Notes: generated from the sequence alone by a model not told the origin. A DNA stretch of 64,000 nt from Bacteroidota bacterium (GCA_020056225.1 JAGVIE010000025.1:38995-102994), one strand, 5' to 3'; positions 30,732 through 40,774 are shown, counted from the first letter of the stretch. Translations and numbers: made by a program.

Positions 30732-32186
30732 TCATATCCACGCTACATCCTCAAACTTCTTTATCTGTTCTCTGTCTGTCGGAAGCGGTCCTTCACATTT
30801 CGGTTTCAGGTCGAATATCTTTCCGGGATTCAGGATATTGTTTGGGTCCATCATTTGTTTCAGTGTTCGCATCATCGTCATCGAAGGTGAACCGACCATC
30901 TTTTCAAGTAATCTCTTCTTGTACAACCCAACACCATGTTCGCCCGTGATCGTCCCGCCAAGATCGATAGCCGCTTCTTCTACTTCGATAATCGATTTTT
31001 CTGCGCGTGCGAATGCTTTTGCATCTCGTTTATCTGTCATGTAGTTTGGATGAAGATTACCGTCGCCCGCATGACCGAACGTGCCGATGCGAACATCATT
31101 CTTCTTACCAATCTCACAAATACGGCTGACCAATCTTGCAAGCTCGGAGCGCGGAACAGCAACATCCTCCGTCATGGTGGTCGGTGTAGCGCGTGCAAGC
31201 GATGCAAATGCTGATCGGCGTGCTGTTTTTAATTTCACCGACTCGCTTTCATCTTGTGCGACCTTTATTGTTGTTGCATTATGCTTCCTGCATATTTCAT
31301 TTACGAGTAAAGCATCGTCATCAACAACAGATTTCTTTCCATCCAATTCAATCAAAAGTATAGCCGCAGTCTCTATCGGCAAACCAATGTGAGTATAGTC
31401 TTCCACACACCTGATAGTTGTGTTATCAAGAATTTCCAGCATCGAAGGAGTTATCTTCGCTGTAATTATCGCTGATACAGTTTTTGCCGCATCATCCATC
31501 GTTGGAAAGAACGCAAGAAATGTTCGGGATGTCTCGGGTTTCGGAATTATCTTCAATAATATTTTTGTGAATATACCGAGCGTACCTTCAGAGCCGGTGA
31601 GAACATCTTTCAAATTATATCCGGCTACATCTTTAACAGACTTTCCTCCCGTATGAAGAATCTCACCTGTTGGCAAAATTACTTCCATCCCAAGCACATA
31701 GTTCTTCGTTACTCCGTATTTCAGACCGCGCAGACCTCCGGCATTCTCGGCAACATTCCCGCCGATAGTTGAAATGCTTGCGCTTCCCGGATCGGGAGGA
31801 TAAATAAATCCGAACTTCTCAACCTCTTGCTGAAGAACTGCGGTGATAACACCCGGTTCAACCCAAACGCTTAAATTTTCCTGATCGATTTCGAGTATGC
31901 GATTCCAATGATTTGTGAGGAGTATGATGGAATTTTCTGATGGAAGTGTGCCACCGCTCAATCCTGTTCCGGAACCTCTTGGGATAACTGTGAATTTTTC
32001 TGCGTTCGCAAGCTGAATGATTTGTGAAATTTGCTCAGCCGTTGATGGACGAACAACAACATCGGGAAGCGGTGCATTGATAGGTGAGGAATCATAAGAA
32101 TAAGCCAGACGCGATTCCGGTGAATCAAAAAGATTCTCTCCGCCAATAATTTCTTTTAGCTTTTTAACGATATTCGTTGAAATCAT
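30732..32186 (-). CDS. glcD: GlcD-like FAD-linked oxidase (glycolate/D-lactate dehydrogenase family)
   Basis: PRGSGTGLSGG, PPDPGS, GGNVAENAGG, GSEGTLG, GHAGDGNLHP, GEHGVG. Confidence 0.88.
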   Translation of the reverse strand: MISTNIVKKLKEIIGGENLFDSPESRLAYSYDSSPINAPLPDVVVRPSTAEQISQIIQLANAEKFTVIPRGSGTGLSGGTLPSENSIILLTNHWNRILEIDQENLSVWVEPGVITAVLQQEVEKFGFIYPPDPGSASISTIGGNVAENAGGLRGLKYGVTKNYVLGMEVILPTGEILHTGGKSVKDVAGYNLKDVLTGSEGTLGIFTKILLKIIPKPETSRTFLAFFPTMDDAAKTVSAIITAKITPSMLEILDNTTIRCVEDYTHIGLPIETAAILLIELDGKKSVVDDDALLVNEICRKHNATTIKVAQDESESVKLKTARRSAFASLARATPTTMTEDVAVPRSELARLVSRICEIGKKNDVRIGTFGHAGDGNLHPNYMTDKRDAKAFARAEKSIIEVEEAAIDLGGTITGEHGVGLYKKRLLEKMVGSPSMTMMRTLKQMMDPNNILNPGKIFDLKPKCEGPLPTDREQIKKFEDVAWI

Positions 32187-32194
32187 GTAGGATG

Positions 32195-33208
32195 TTATAC
32201 GTCCCTTCCAACCGCTTGAGCGACTGCTTTCACTTCCTTCATCAATTGCCGGAAAGCATCCGGTGTCAGCGATTGTTCGCCGTCAGAAAGTGCTTCCGAG
32301 GGATTCGGATGAACTTCCACCATCAACCCGTCAGCGCCGGCAGCGATCGCCGCACGACTCATCGGGATAATCAGATCATTTCTTCCCGTACCATGACTCG
32401 GATCGACTATGATCGGAAGATGAGAAACTTTTTTAATTGCCGGAATGATATTCAAATCGAGTGTGTTGCGCGAATACTCGACAAAACTTCTGATACCTCT
32501 TTCACACAAAATTACCTGATCGTTGCCGCCCGAAAGAAGATATTCAGCGCTCATCAGAAATTCATTGAGTGTCGCTGAAAAATTTCGTTTCAACAAAATC
32601 GGTTTCTTAACCTTGGACAATTCACGAAGTAACTTAGTGTTGTACATATTGCGAGACCCAACCTGAAGTAAGTCGGCATATTCCAGAACAGTATCCAGTT
32701 CTGAAATATCGATCACCTCGGTCACAATCCCCAAGCCAGTCGCCTCACGCGCTTTCGCAAGCAATTTCAACCCGTCTTTACCTAAGCCCTGAAATGTATA
32801 TGGACTCGTGCGCGGCTTGAAAGCACCTCCCCGAAGCAACGAGGCGCCGGCAGTTTTCACTGCTTGCGCCGTCAGCAATAACTGCTCTTCGTTCTCTACA
32901 GAGCAAGGACCTGCAATCACTATAATCTTTTGTCCTCCGAATGTCGCACCCTTGACTTCTACTTTTGTATCATTTTGCTTGAATTCTCTGCTCGCTAATT
33001 TATATGGCTTCAAGACCGGGATTACATTCTCAACATGCGGCAATAATGAAAACTGTTCTCGTACCAGATTTCTCTCTTCGCCGACAACGTTGATTATAGT
33101 ACGCGAGGAGTCTCTCAGAAGATTCGCCTGACACCCGATCTCCTCGGCATGCGTAATAACTTGCTTAATATCTTCATCTGTGGCATTTACTGCCATCACA
33201 ATGATCAT
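32195..33208 (-). CDS. aroF: DAHP synthase (3-deoxy-7-phosphoheptulonate synthase), class I-beta with N-terminal regulatory domain
   Basis: IAGPCSVE, RGGAFKPRTSPY, CERGIR, DPSHGTG, EVHP...SDGEQ. Confidence 0.95.
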   Translation of the reverse strand: MIIVMAVNATDEDIKQVITHAEEIGCQANLLRDSSRTIINVVGEERNLVREQFSLLPHVENVIPVLKPYKLASREFKQNDTKVEVKGATFGGQKIIVIAGPCSVENEEQLLLTAQAVKTAGASLLRGGAFKPRTSPYTFQGLGKDGLKLLAKAREATGLGIVTEVIDISELDTVLEYADLLQVGSRNMYNTKLLRELSKVKKPILLKRNFSATLNEFLMSAEYLLSGGNDQVILCERGIRSFVEYSRNTLDLNIIPAIKKVSHLPIIVDPSHGTGRNDLIIPMSRAAIAAGADGLMVEVHPNPSEALSDGEQSLTPDAFRQLMKEVKAVAQAVGRDV

Positions 33209-33351
33209 AAATATTCCGATAATTACTATATATCAAACCAAATTTAAAGTTGTGTAAAGATAAGAAAAAATGTTGAGAATGTATAGTTTCTCTATCGCAG
33301 AATGATCTGTTTTGAATTCTAATGATTAATGAATATATTTTAAATGAATAA

Positions 33352-33404
33352 TGGCGATGGAGTTCGCCGATAACTATTCCTGAATTGGGATTGATAACTC
33401 CTAC
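33352..33404 (+). promoter_or_regulatory. Fluoride (crcB) riboswitch aptamer
   Basis: GGCGATGGAGTTCGCC...TGATAACTCCTAC matches the crcB motif, including the GGAGTT/AACTCC pseudoknot; directly upstream of crcB. Confidence 0.92.
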
Positions 33405-33439
33405 AATTATAACCGATGTTATTGTTGTAGGAGTTTTTT
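33396..33439 (+). terminator. Intrinsic terminator forming the riboswitch expression platform
   Basis: aactcctacaa (33396-33406) pairs with ttgtaggagtt (33425-33435), then a T-run; overlaps the pseudoknot strand. Confidence 0.88.
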
Positions 33440-33463
33440 ATGCATAAGTCAAAGGAATAAATT

Positions 33464-33838
33464 GTGATAAAATATTTACTCGTTTTCGTAGGTGGTGGAA
33501 TCGGTGCATCCGTTCGTTATTGGCTGACAGGTATTGTTTACAAAATTGTACAGAATGAGTTTCCGTACGGGACGTTCATAGTCAACACTGTCGGATGCTT
33601 CTTGATAGGCTTTCTAATCCTCGGAATGGAAGATCGATTTGTTATGAGCCCATCACTTCGCATATTTCTCACTATCGGTATTCTCGGCGGGTTCACCACG
33701 TTCTCAACATTTAGTTATGAGACAATTGCACTCTTCCGGGACGGCGAAATCTTATTTGCATTGACGAACGTTTTTGCAAGTATTATTGTGTGCTTAACTG
33801 CAACGTATACCGGAATAGTCATAGGTAAATTATTATAA
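33464..33838 (+). CDS. crcB: Fluoride efflux channel CrcB/FluC
   Basis: GGGIGASVRY, FPYGTFIVN, GILGGFTTFSTF; riboswitch upstream. Confidence 0.96.
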   Translation: MIKYLLVFVGGGIGASVRYWLTGIVYKIVQNEFPYGTFIVNTVGCFLIGFLILGMEDRFVMSPSLRIFLTIGILGGFTTFSTFSYETIALFRDGEILFALTNVFASIIVCLTATYTGIVIGKLL

Positions 33839-33854
33839 TCGAAAAGGATTCAAG

Positions 33855-34205
33855 ATGAAACTTTCAGGTGATGGTAAATTGTTGAGGATTTTTCTCGGTG
33901 AATTAGACAAATATGAACACAAACCGTTATATGAGGTTATAATTCTAAAAGCACGTGAACTGGGATTAGCGGGGGCAACTGTTCTAAGAGGTGTGCAGGG
34001 TTTTGGAGCAAGAAGCCGGGTGATCCACACTGCAAAAATTCTCCGATTATCCGAAGATCTCCCGATCGTTGTCGAGATAGTTGATAATGAAAACAAGATC
34101 AGAAATTTTCTGCCTGTCGTCGATGAACTTTTCGAAAAAGTCGGATGCGGCGGCATGGTTACTATAGAGAAAGTAGAAATCATTAGATACACACCTGGTA
34201 AATAG
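33855..34205 (+). CDS. DUF190 (PII-like) protein
   Basis: LLRIFLGE, GLAGATVLRGVQGFG, LSEDLPIVVEIVD; the usual crcB partner. Confidence 0.92.
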   Translation: MKLSGDGKLLRIFLGELDKYEHKPLYEVIILKARELGLAGATVLRGVQGFGARSRVIHTAKILRLSEDLPIVVEIVDNENKIRNFLPVVDELFEKVGCGGMVTIEKVEIIRYTPGK

Positions 34206-34263
34206 ATATTCGGAAATTGATAACCGTCTTGCATTTAATAGATTATTTTCTATTATTTATTAT

Positions 34264-34614
34264 GTGAAGAGTTTTGCACGACATATAACGACACTGTTGA
34301 TCATATCCTGCTACCTCACAATCACACTCACAGGTCAGAATGGAATTCTTCACTCGATCATTAACATCGGTAACGGAGAGCACCAGGTCGATACCGGAAA
34401 CAATTCTACACCCTCCGATTTTAAAATTTATTTTGTACAGGGGAAACATCTTCCGCTGACAATCAAGATTCAAGTCCCGTCCGAATCGATTCTTTCAATA
34501 ATTCAGTTTCCCGAACAAACGAAATTCATATATCCAAATTATTCTTGTACTCTTCTAACTCTTCAATCTTTTAAATTTATTCGTTATCTTCCCCGCGACC
34601 CTCCCGTGGCGTAG
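34264..34614 (+). CDS. Putative exported leader protein ending in an RxPP motif
   Basis: GTG start, N-terminal hydrophobic signal, C-terminus ...RYLPRDPPVA*. Confidence 0.6.
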   Translation: MKSFARHITTLLIISCYLTITLTGQNGILHSIINIGNGEHQVDTGNNSTPSDFKIYFVQGKHLPLTIKIQVPSESILSIIQFPEQTKFIYPNYSCTLLTLQSFKFIRYLPRDPPVA

Positions 34615-34714
34615 TTATTCCGTCCAACAAATAATTAAATCAATACCTGTGACAATGATATTAATTCATTTTCACGTGGTGTTATTATTTTAAAACATTC
34701 GAAGGAGAACTACG
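34610..34714 (+). promoter_or_regulatory. Long imperfect hairpin that could sequester the RBS of the downstream small ORF
   Basis: cgtagtt-a-ttcc-g-tc (34610-34624) can pair with ga-a-ggagaactacg (34701-34714); inner stem tgtgacaatga / tcattttcacg. Confidence 0.5.
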
Positions 34715-34855
34715 ATGAATCAGCAAAATCAAAAACGGGAAGATTTGCAACAAAATTCTGAACAGGGATTTCCGTTTCAACTCAAATTGTTGATTGTGGG
34801 AATTGCTATCGGTTTGACAATTCTTGTTCTTGAGTTCACCGGCTATTTCAAATAA
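34715..34855 (+). CDS. 46-aa single-TM small protein
   Basis: Below the ORF-track cutoff; strong AAGGAG RBS; MNQQNQKREDLQQNSEQGFPFQLKLLIVGIAIGLTILVLEFTGYFK*. Confidence 0.65.
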   Translation: MNQQNQKREDLQQNSEQGFPFQLKLLIVGIAIGLTILVLEFTGYFK

Positions 34856-35011
34856 GCGATTATAAAAATCCGATGTTAGTGCCGGATGTGGGGCTTTGAT
34901 GAATAAAGATCAATCTCTGATTTTTAGAATATCGGAGATAATCTGTGCCTGTTATCGGTCAGGTTCTGTTTCAATACGGGCAATCGATCTAAGAATCTCA
35001 TCCGGCAGATA

Positions 35012-35902
35012 TTATCTAAGGAATAAAACAGCCACACCAACAACTGCAATGAAGGCGCCGATGATAGCCCGCCACGATAATTTTTCCTTATATACGAATC
35101 TCACCAGCGGCAACATCAATATCGGTACTATCGCCATGATTGTTGCGGCAATTCCAACCTTAGTGTATTCTATTGCTATCAGGCTGAACGATATTCCGAG
35201 GAAGGGTCCGAATATCGAGCCGAGTCCCGTCAGCCAGAATGCTTTTTTATCCTGATAATACATCCTGATTGGATTCTTGTACCGCTTGGTTAAGAATGCT
35301 AACGGTAGAAGCAAGACGAGAGATGCGACGATTCTAATTTCATTTGCTACAAATCCATTTATTTCTCCATCATGGAATGCCATCTTTGCAAAAATGAGTC
35401 CGATGCCTTGCCCCACCGCTCCAAGAAATGCGTAAATAATTCCCGACGTTGTAATCAAAATCTTTTCGGATGGATTTGCTCCTTTATCGAGTACAACAAT
35501 GGCAACACCAAACACTGTAACTATCATTCCCAGCACTCCAGCCGACGAAAGCGTTTCACCGAGAACGAAATATGCAAGTATAGCGGCAAACGCCGGCGCT
35601 AGCGACATAATAAGCATACTGATCCGCGCGCCGATTTCTTGAAATGCTTTGAATAAAAAAGTATCCCCGAGAGCTAACCCAATTACACCGCTGATGCTTA
35701 GATTCAAGATTTGTTTGTATGATAGATTAATATTAAAATCCATCACGATAATTAAAATCGTTAGGTACACGACAGCAAGAATAAGCCGGGTGATGTTTAC
35801 CTGGAACGATCCGACTCTTTTTGCGGCAGATGCAAACACCATAGCGCTGACCGACCAGAGCATGGCAGTAAGCAGCGCACTCAGTTCACCAAGGAAGGGC
35901 AT
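35012..35902 (-). CDS. DMT/EamA-family transporter
   Basis: About 10 hydrophobic segments in two repeats; LGETLS and YKEKLS motifs. Confidence 0.9.
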   Translation of the reverse strand: MPFLGELSALLTAMLWSVSAMVFASAAKRVGSFQVNITRLILAVVYLTILIIVMDFNINLSYKQILNLSISGVIGLALGDTFLFKAFQEIGARISMLIMSLAPAFAAILAYFVLGETLSSAGVLGMIVTVFGVAIVVLDKGANPSEKILITTSGIIYAFLGAVGQGIGLIFAKMAFHDGEINGFVANEIRIVASLVLLLPLAFLTKRYKNPIRMYYQDKKAFWLTGLGSIFGPFLGISFSLIAIEYTKVGIAATIMAIVPILMLPLVRFVYKEKLSWRAIIGAFIAVVGVAVLFLR

Positions 35903-36004
35903 CGGGATGAATCAAAAATAATATAATTGTTTAAGAGTATTTTAGCGAAGGAATCAATACGTCATCCAACGAGATAATATTTGTCATAATCCCCAGCTCG
36001 CACC

Positions 36005-37213
36005 TCAATCATTCGAATCTTCCAGAGGCTTCAAACCAAGTTTTCCCGATTCGTGTTTTAAGATATGAACCAGGAAATTGAGTTTCGGAACCATCCTGCC
36101 GTTGACGAAGATACGGGGCGTCCCATTGACACCAACCCGATGTGCATCTTCTATTAATGCGCCAACTTTGTTCCGATTTTCCACGGTCGTGAGACATAGT
36201 CTCATTGCTGCGGTATCGAGTCCCGCCATCGCACTGATGCGCATAACGTCTCCCGGAACTGCCGTTCGCGGTTGCTGGTTGAAAAACATATCGTGATATT
36301 CCCAGAATTTACCCTGATCCTCTGCGCAGATTGAGCCGAGGGCAGCCCAGCACGCACCGGGATGTTTTTTCGACTTCTGATATGGATTACAACCGGGATC
36401 AAGAGGATAACTTTTAAAATAGACCACCATACGATCTCCCCACGCCGCAATATGCTGTTTGAATATCATACTGACATTTCTGCAATAAGGACAAAGGAAA
36501 TCGGAGTATATCACAACCTTGATCGGCGCATCCACAGAACCCTGGTAAGGTACGTGTTCAAGGTTGAGTGTTTGCACCGGCGCTTTCTCGAATTCTTCTA
36601 TTGCTGCCTCAGCAAAGCGAGCCTCAATGCCGGAGATATCATGATAGGCGATCGCGTAATTTGTTGCGCCCACTGCAACCGCCAGTACAACAACGCCGAT
36701 CATAGAACCGGTTACGAACATTTTCCCATCCGATGTTGCGAGGAGTTCCGCAACCTTCTTCATGCTCGCCCCCCGCCGATACTTCATCAGCGTCAAGAGG
36801 AATATTATTGTCATCGCGTAAGTCGACAGGCAAATAGTGCAAAATGTTTTAAGTATAAAAGCCTGGAGAGCCAGCAAGAGGATATCGACGATCAGAGCAA
36901 AAGCTGCGGTAAAGAAACCGAACCTGTAAGCAAAGTCGAGAGTTTTTCCCCCGCCGACGGCAGCCAAACCTATTACCAGCATCAATGAGAGATAAAAAAA
37001 CAAGCCGAATGCGGCTAACGGTATTCCCCCTACAGTAGAATACTCACTACGGTTAACGGCATCGCACCCGCTCGCAGGATTATCGCCGCATAGCATACTG
37101 ATAAGATAATTCTCGTGGGTTTTGTTGTAATGCTGATACAGAAGGAGACCTGAAAGAAACGCACCGATGAATGCAGTGATGAGGAGAACAAAGACCGTAC
37201 GACGACTGAACAT
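36005..37213 (-). CDS. VKOR-DsbA (thioredoxin-fold) fusion
   Basis: VKOR loop cysteines, GIPLAAFG, CTIC; C-terminal DFLCPYC and GVNGTP. Confidence 0.9.
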   Translation of the reverse strand: MFSRRTVFVLLITAFIGAFLSGLLLYQHYNKTHENYLISMLCGDNPASGCDAVNRSEYSTVGGIPLAAFGLFFYLSLMLVIGLAAVGGGKTLDFAYRFGFFTAAFALIVDILLLALQAFILKTFCTICLSTYAMTIIFLLTLMKYRRGASMKKVAELLATSDGKMFVTGSMIGVVVLAVAVGATNYAIAYHDISGIEARFAEAAIEEFEKAPVQTLNLEHVPYQGSVDAPIKVVIYSDFLCPYCRNVSMIFKQHIAAWGDRMVVYFKSYPLDPGCNPYQKSKKHPGACWAALGSICAEDQGKFWEYHDMFFNQQPRTAVPGDVMRISAMAGLDTAAMRLCLTTVENRNKVGALIEDAHRVGVNGTPRIFVNGRMVPKLNFLVHILKHESGKLGLKPLEDSND

Positions 37214-37413
37214 AATAAGAAACCGATTACTGGAGTGAGTTGATTATAATTGTTTTATAATAGGCAAAGATCAACGAAAAGTCAAGGATAGGAGACGCCA
37301 ACTGGAGGTTGGGAGCTGAAATGCAGAAATGGTTTAAGAAGGTATTCAAAAAGTAGTGCCGAGTGAAGATCATCATTGGCGAAATTTAAAGATCGCCGTG
37401 AGAAGTCTTATAA

Positions 37414-38721
37414 CTAGCGCTTCATTCTATTACTATTACTATTACTATTACTATTACTATTACTATCAATTAGATTTTTGGCTATTGCATCGACAATATT
37501 AACATTTACTGCATTTCCCAATGCCTTAAATGCTTTCGTAGATGCTTCTGGCAAATATTTAAGTTCATCCATACTCTGGAGTTTAGCACACTCCCGCACA
37601 GTCATATATCGTTTCTCCCAAGCGATGATAGGAACTTGCGTGGCGGTCATTGCAACAAGTGATGGCGAAGTTGTTGGTCTTTTCACGCGCACACCTGAAG
37701 CTCGAATCTGAATAATATATTTCCAGATATTACGATCTTCACCATTACAATTCCATTCTAATTTTTGAAGGCTCGGTGGAAATATTTTTATCTTGGGTAG
37801 CCAATCATCTATCCATTTTTTATTCTTTTCATAAAGCCCTCTGTTTTGGTTTATGAATTGTATTTTCCAATCAGGGAATTTGGCTTTTTGGTCGCGTGCA
37901 TGTGATGGTAGCTTGGCAAGATATTTTTTGATTTGAATTTTTTGTTTAGCTCGATCGTCCTTAACTGTCAACTTTTTTATCTTAGCTTTGAAAAGCTTGT
38001 ATGGTGTCTGATCTTTATATGAATACTTAGCACCAAACTCCATGGACCATATAGGAAAAGACGGAAGCTCTTCGTCTTTAGGAAATTTATCGATGAATTG
38101 CTGCCATACTTTGAGGCATTGGATGGTTTGCTTGGTCAGTTTTTTTGCACTAGCAGGATTTTTTGAAAGAATAGATCTTATCCGAAGAATTTTGTGATTA
38201 GAAGGTTTGGGCCATGAGAAATTTGGTAATCCTATTTTGCTTCCAACGATGAAAACGCGATCACGAATTTGTGGTATACCAAATTGATGAGGAGAAAGCC
38301 GCTGGTGCTGAATATAATAACCTGCTTTTTGGAGTTTCTTTTCCATTAACTCCCAAGTTTTGCCATTATCATGCCGTGTGAGGTTGGGGACGTTCTCTAA
38401 GATGAAATACTTTGGCTTATGATACTTGATTATTCTTAATGTATATTCAAAAAGATTACCCGACGTCGGACAATTTAATCCTTTTTGATCTCCAGCTTTT
38501 GAAAACGGTTGGCAAGGGAAGCCAGCACAAAGAATATCGTGTTTTGGAATTTCATGTAATTTAATATCACGGATGTCTCCACGCGGCTCAAAACCAAAAT
38601 TATTTTTATATAATTGTCTAAGATCATCATCAATCTCAGATGCGAAAACACACTCATGTCCCAGTTGTTCTAGAGCTACATGAAAACCACCAAGGCCAGC
38701 ATAGAGATCAATGAATTTCAT
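37414..38721 (-). CDS. dcm: DNA (cytosine-5)-methyltransferase
   Basis: Motifs I DLYAGLGG, IV GFPCQPFS, VI ENV, VIII QIRDRVFIVG, IX RECAKLQ, X LGNAV. Confidence 0.95.
   Translation of the reverse strand: MKFIDLYAGLGGFHVALEQLGHECVFASEIDDDLRQLYKNNFGFEPRGDIRDIKLHEIPKHDILCAGFPCQPFSKAGDQKGLNCPTSGNLFEYTLRIIKYHKPKYFILENVPNLTRHDNGKTWELMEKKLQKAGYYIQHQRLSPHQFGIPQIRDRVFIVGSKIGLPNFSWPKPSNHKILRIRSILSKNPASAKKLTKQTIQCLKVWQQFIDKFPKDEELPSFPIWSMEFGAKYSYKDQTPYKLFKAKIKKLTVKDDRAKQKIQIKKYLAKLPSHARDQKAKFPDWKIQFINQNRGLYEKNKKWIDDWLPKIKIFPPSLQKLEWNCNGEDRNIWKYIIQIRASGVRVKRPTTSPSLVAMTATQVPIIAWEKRYMTVRECAKLQSMDELKYLPEASTKAFKALGNAVNVNIVDAIAKNLIDSNSNSNSNSNSNRMKR
37427..37466. repeat. Hexanucleotide microsatellite (CTATTA) x6 plus 4 nt, encoding an (SN)6 tail of the methyltransferase
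   Basis: Read directly from the sequence. Confidence 0.95.
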
Positions 38722-38725
38722 TGTA

Positions 38726-39658
38726 CTAATTCACGATTGATTTTAATTTTGATATTCTCGGTTTTAGCCACTTTGTTATTTTAGAATTTAGAGTTTGAGA
38801 AATCCAATTGATATTATCATTTGTGGGAGTTAAGATTCTGTATCTATCAAGGAACATTCCCCTCACTAAATTACAATATTTCCTAAAGTCATAATCTAAA
38901 ACGACATAAGGTATGGCAAATGCTTTTTGCGGTTTAGCAGCGAAAAGAACAAGCTTCTCCCATAGGTCAATATTGGGCGTATGCTGTTTTTTAGACCAAT
39001 CTTGTCCACTAGCGCATTGAAGTAAATATACTGGTATACCTACTCTCTTATCAAAAAAAGGTCGATAACATAATAAATCAAGACCAGCTTCATTAGCGTC
39101 TGAGTTAATCCATTGTTCCCAATCTCCCTTGATTTCACCGAGTCTATCAGAAACTTCCTGAACAATATTCCCAATTTTTTTGGCATTCGTCCTGGTCCAA
39201 CCAGTAGAGAATATGATCCACCCACTGAATTGTTTCTCTAAGGACTCTTTTGTTAGCAATTCAAATAACTCTCCTTGCTCTGTGTAGTCATTACCGAATT
39301 GTTCTGCCAACTTAGGGTAATAAGGTAATAACGAAACAATTAGACAAAAGCTATGAGCAATAGCTTCATTCCAAGAATATTTACGCTTAATTTTTGCAGA
39401 GGCTATAACAAAAGGAGATCCGCTTCCTAATAGTTTCTCCCTTCTTTTTAACTCGCTCCAAATATTGTCAACAAATTCTGAAGCAAAATCTTGATCATCG
39501 TACATTTGTTCCTCAATCAGTACGTCAATTACATCAGTAGTAGATATACGATCTTCAGCAAATAATACGCTTCCTTCAAGCCAATCACATGCAACGTCCA
39601 ATCTTGAATTATGCACATTAATAGAACGAGAAAACCCTTTAGTCGGTAGTCTAAGCAT
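38726..39658 (-). CDS. Hypothetical protein, putative PD-(D/E)xK-like restriction endonuclease fold
   Basis: GELFELL helix, EAGLDLLCYRPFFD and LLQCASGQDWSKK resemble an E...D...Qx(K/A) catalytic arrangement; directly upstream of a C5 methylase. Confidence 0.5.
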   Translation of the reverse strand: MLRLPTKGFSRSINVHNSRLDVACDWLEGSVLFAEDRISTTDVIDVLIEEQMYDDQDFASEFVDNIWSELKRREKLLGSGSPFVIASAKIKRKYSWNEAIAHSFCLIVSLLPYYPKLAEQFGNDYTEQGELFELLTKESLEKQFSGWIIFSTGWTRTNAKKIGNIVQEVSDRLGEIKGDWEQWINSDANEAGLDLLCYRPFFDKRVGIPVYLLQCASGQDWSKKQHTPNIDLWEKLVLFAAKPQKAFAIPYVVLDYDFRKYCNLVRGMFLDRYRILTPTNDNINWISQTLNSKITKWLKPRISKLKSIVN

Positions 39659-39670
39659 GTAAATTCCAAA

Positions 39671-40774
39671 TCATTTTTTTTGTTCGGCAGTAATTACTGG
39701 AAACATTTCCAAAATTTGACTAGCATCCGCACTGAATCTCTTTATCGCTTCTTGTACTTTTTTTGACTTCTTATAGAAATGTACACGTGTCAACGCTAAT
39801 TCAATGTTATCTGATGCTTTCTCAATTAAATCAACTATCTCGGGTTCGTCTCCTCCAGCTAAATTATGTGCGATGTCAAAGCTTGGCTTGTCAGTTCTCT
39901 CTAGATATTTTACAGCTTCTCCACTTTCCAAAATCCGTCCGAAACGATCCACTTGCCGCGAATCAGTAAACAACGCTGGAGTCTTGTCATCGCCGAATAA
40001 CCAGAGAGCGAAATTTGCAAGAGCCTTCAAGTGTTTTTTGGGGACTGGAACCTTTGCATTTTTGGGATTAGCCTGAATATCGATTTGAAGATATTTCTGA
40101 ACACCCTGTGTACGTAATGATAGGTACATTACGCTAAATCGTTCTTCAAAATTTTCTTCTGGAATTTGTTGTACGTTGTCTTCTATCTCAAGTAATAACC
40201 GATAAGCGATATAATTTTGCCTCACTACTGGAGTCTTGCTTCCAATTTTACGCATGACTTCTTCGTAGGTCAAACCTCGATCATCTATTAACTTTGCAAT
40301 AAATTCTGCCTTTTCAGCAGGCTTCCATTCTTTTATCCCGGTAACATGACGAAAACCCAGAAAAGCCTCTACGTCTTCTCGCTTGTCAGCCTTTAGATAA
40401 GGAATTTTTGTGAATAAATCTTTGGTCGGTTTTGCACTTTTTGCTATTTCTGCCCATTTAGAAGATATTGGATTTCCATTATATGCTTCTTGTAGCAATT
40501 TAAGTGCAGCGAGTCTACGATTACCTTCAATAACAACTAATCTTGATTTTCCGTATAATTTTTCATTACAAACAATTAAAGCCTCTTGGGTCCAAAAACC
40601 GCCACTCTCTAAAAACGATGTTGCGAGTTCTTCTAATGTCCAATCTCTCATCAGGTCTAAAACATCTTTTTGACTCACATCATCTCCAGTGTTATTCCGG
40701 CCGAGACGTGGATTAAGAGGATCAAGATAAAGATCCTCAAGTTTTGCATTTTCAAGTGCCCTGCTAATCGCCAT
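39671..40774 (-). CDS. ParB/Srx-like N-terminal domain protein
   Basis: LYLDPLNPRL, VVIEGNRRLAALK (GxxR ParB-type motif), FRHVTGIKEW, then an HTH-like segment. Confidence 0.8.
   Translation of the reverse strand: MAISRALENAKLEDLYLDPLNPRLGRNNTGDDVSQKDVLDLMRDWTLEELATSFLESGGFWTQEALIVCNEKLYGKSRLVVIEGNRRLAALKLLQEAYNGNPISSKWAEIAKSAKPTKDLFTKIPYLKADKREDVEAFLGFRHVTGIKEWKPAEKAEFIAKLIDDRGLTYEEVMRKIGSKTPVVRQNYIAYRLLLEIEDNVQQIPEENFEERFSVMYLSLRTQGVQKYLQIDIQANPKNAKVPVPKKHLKALANFALWLFGDDKTPALFTDSRQVDRFGRILESGEAVKYLERTDKPSFDIAHNLAGGDEPEIVDLIEKASDNIELALTRVHFYKKSKKVQEAIKRFSADASQILEMFPVITAEQKK

Noticed and set aside
37427-37466. Microsatellite as a phase-variation switch for the methylase
   Set aside because: The 6-bp unit keeps the frame and lies after motif X at the extreme C-terminus, so slippage should not switch the gene on or off
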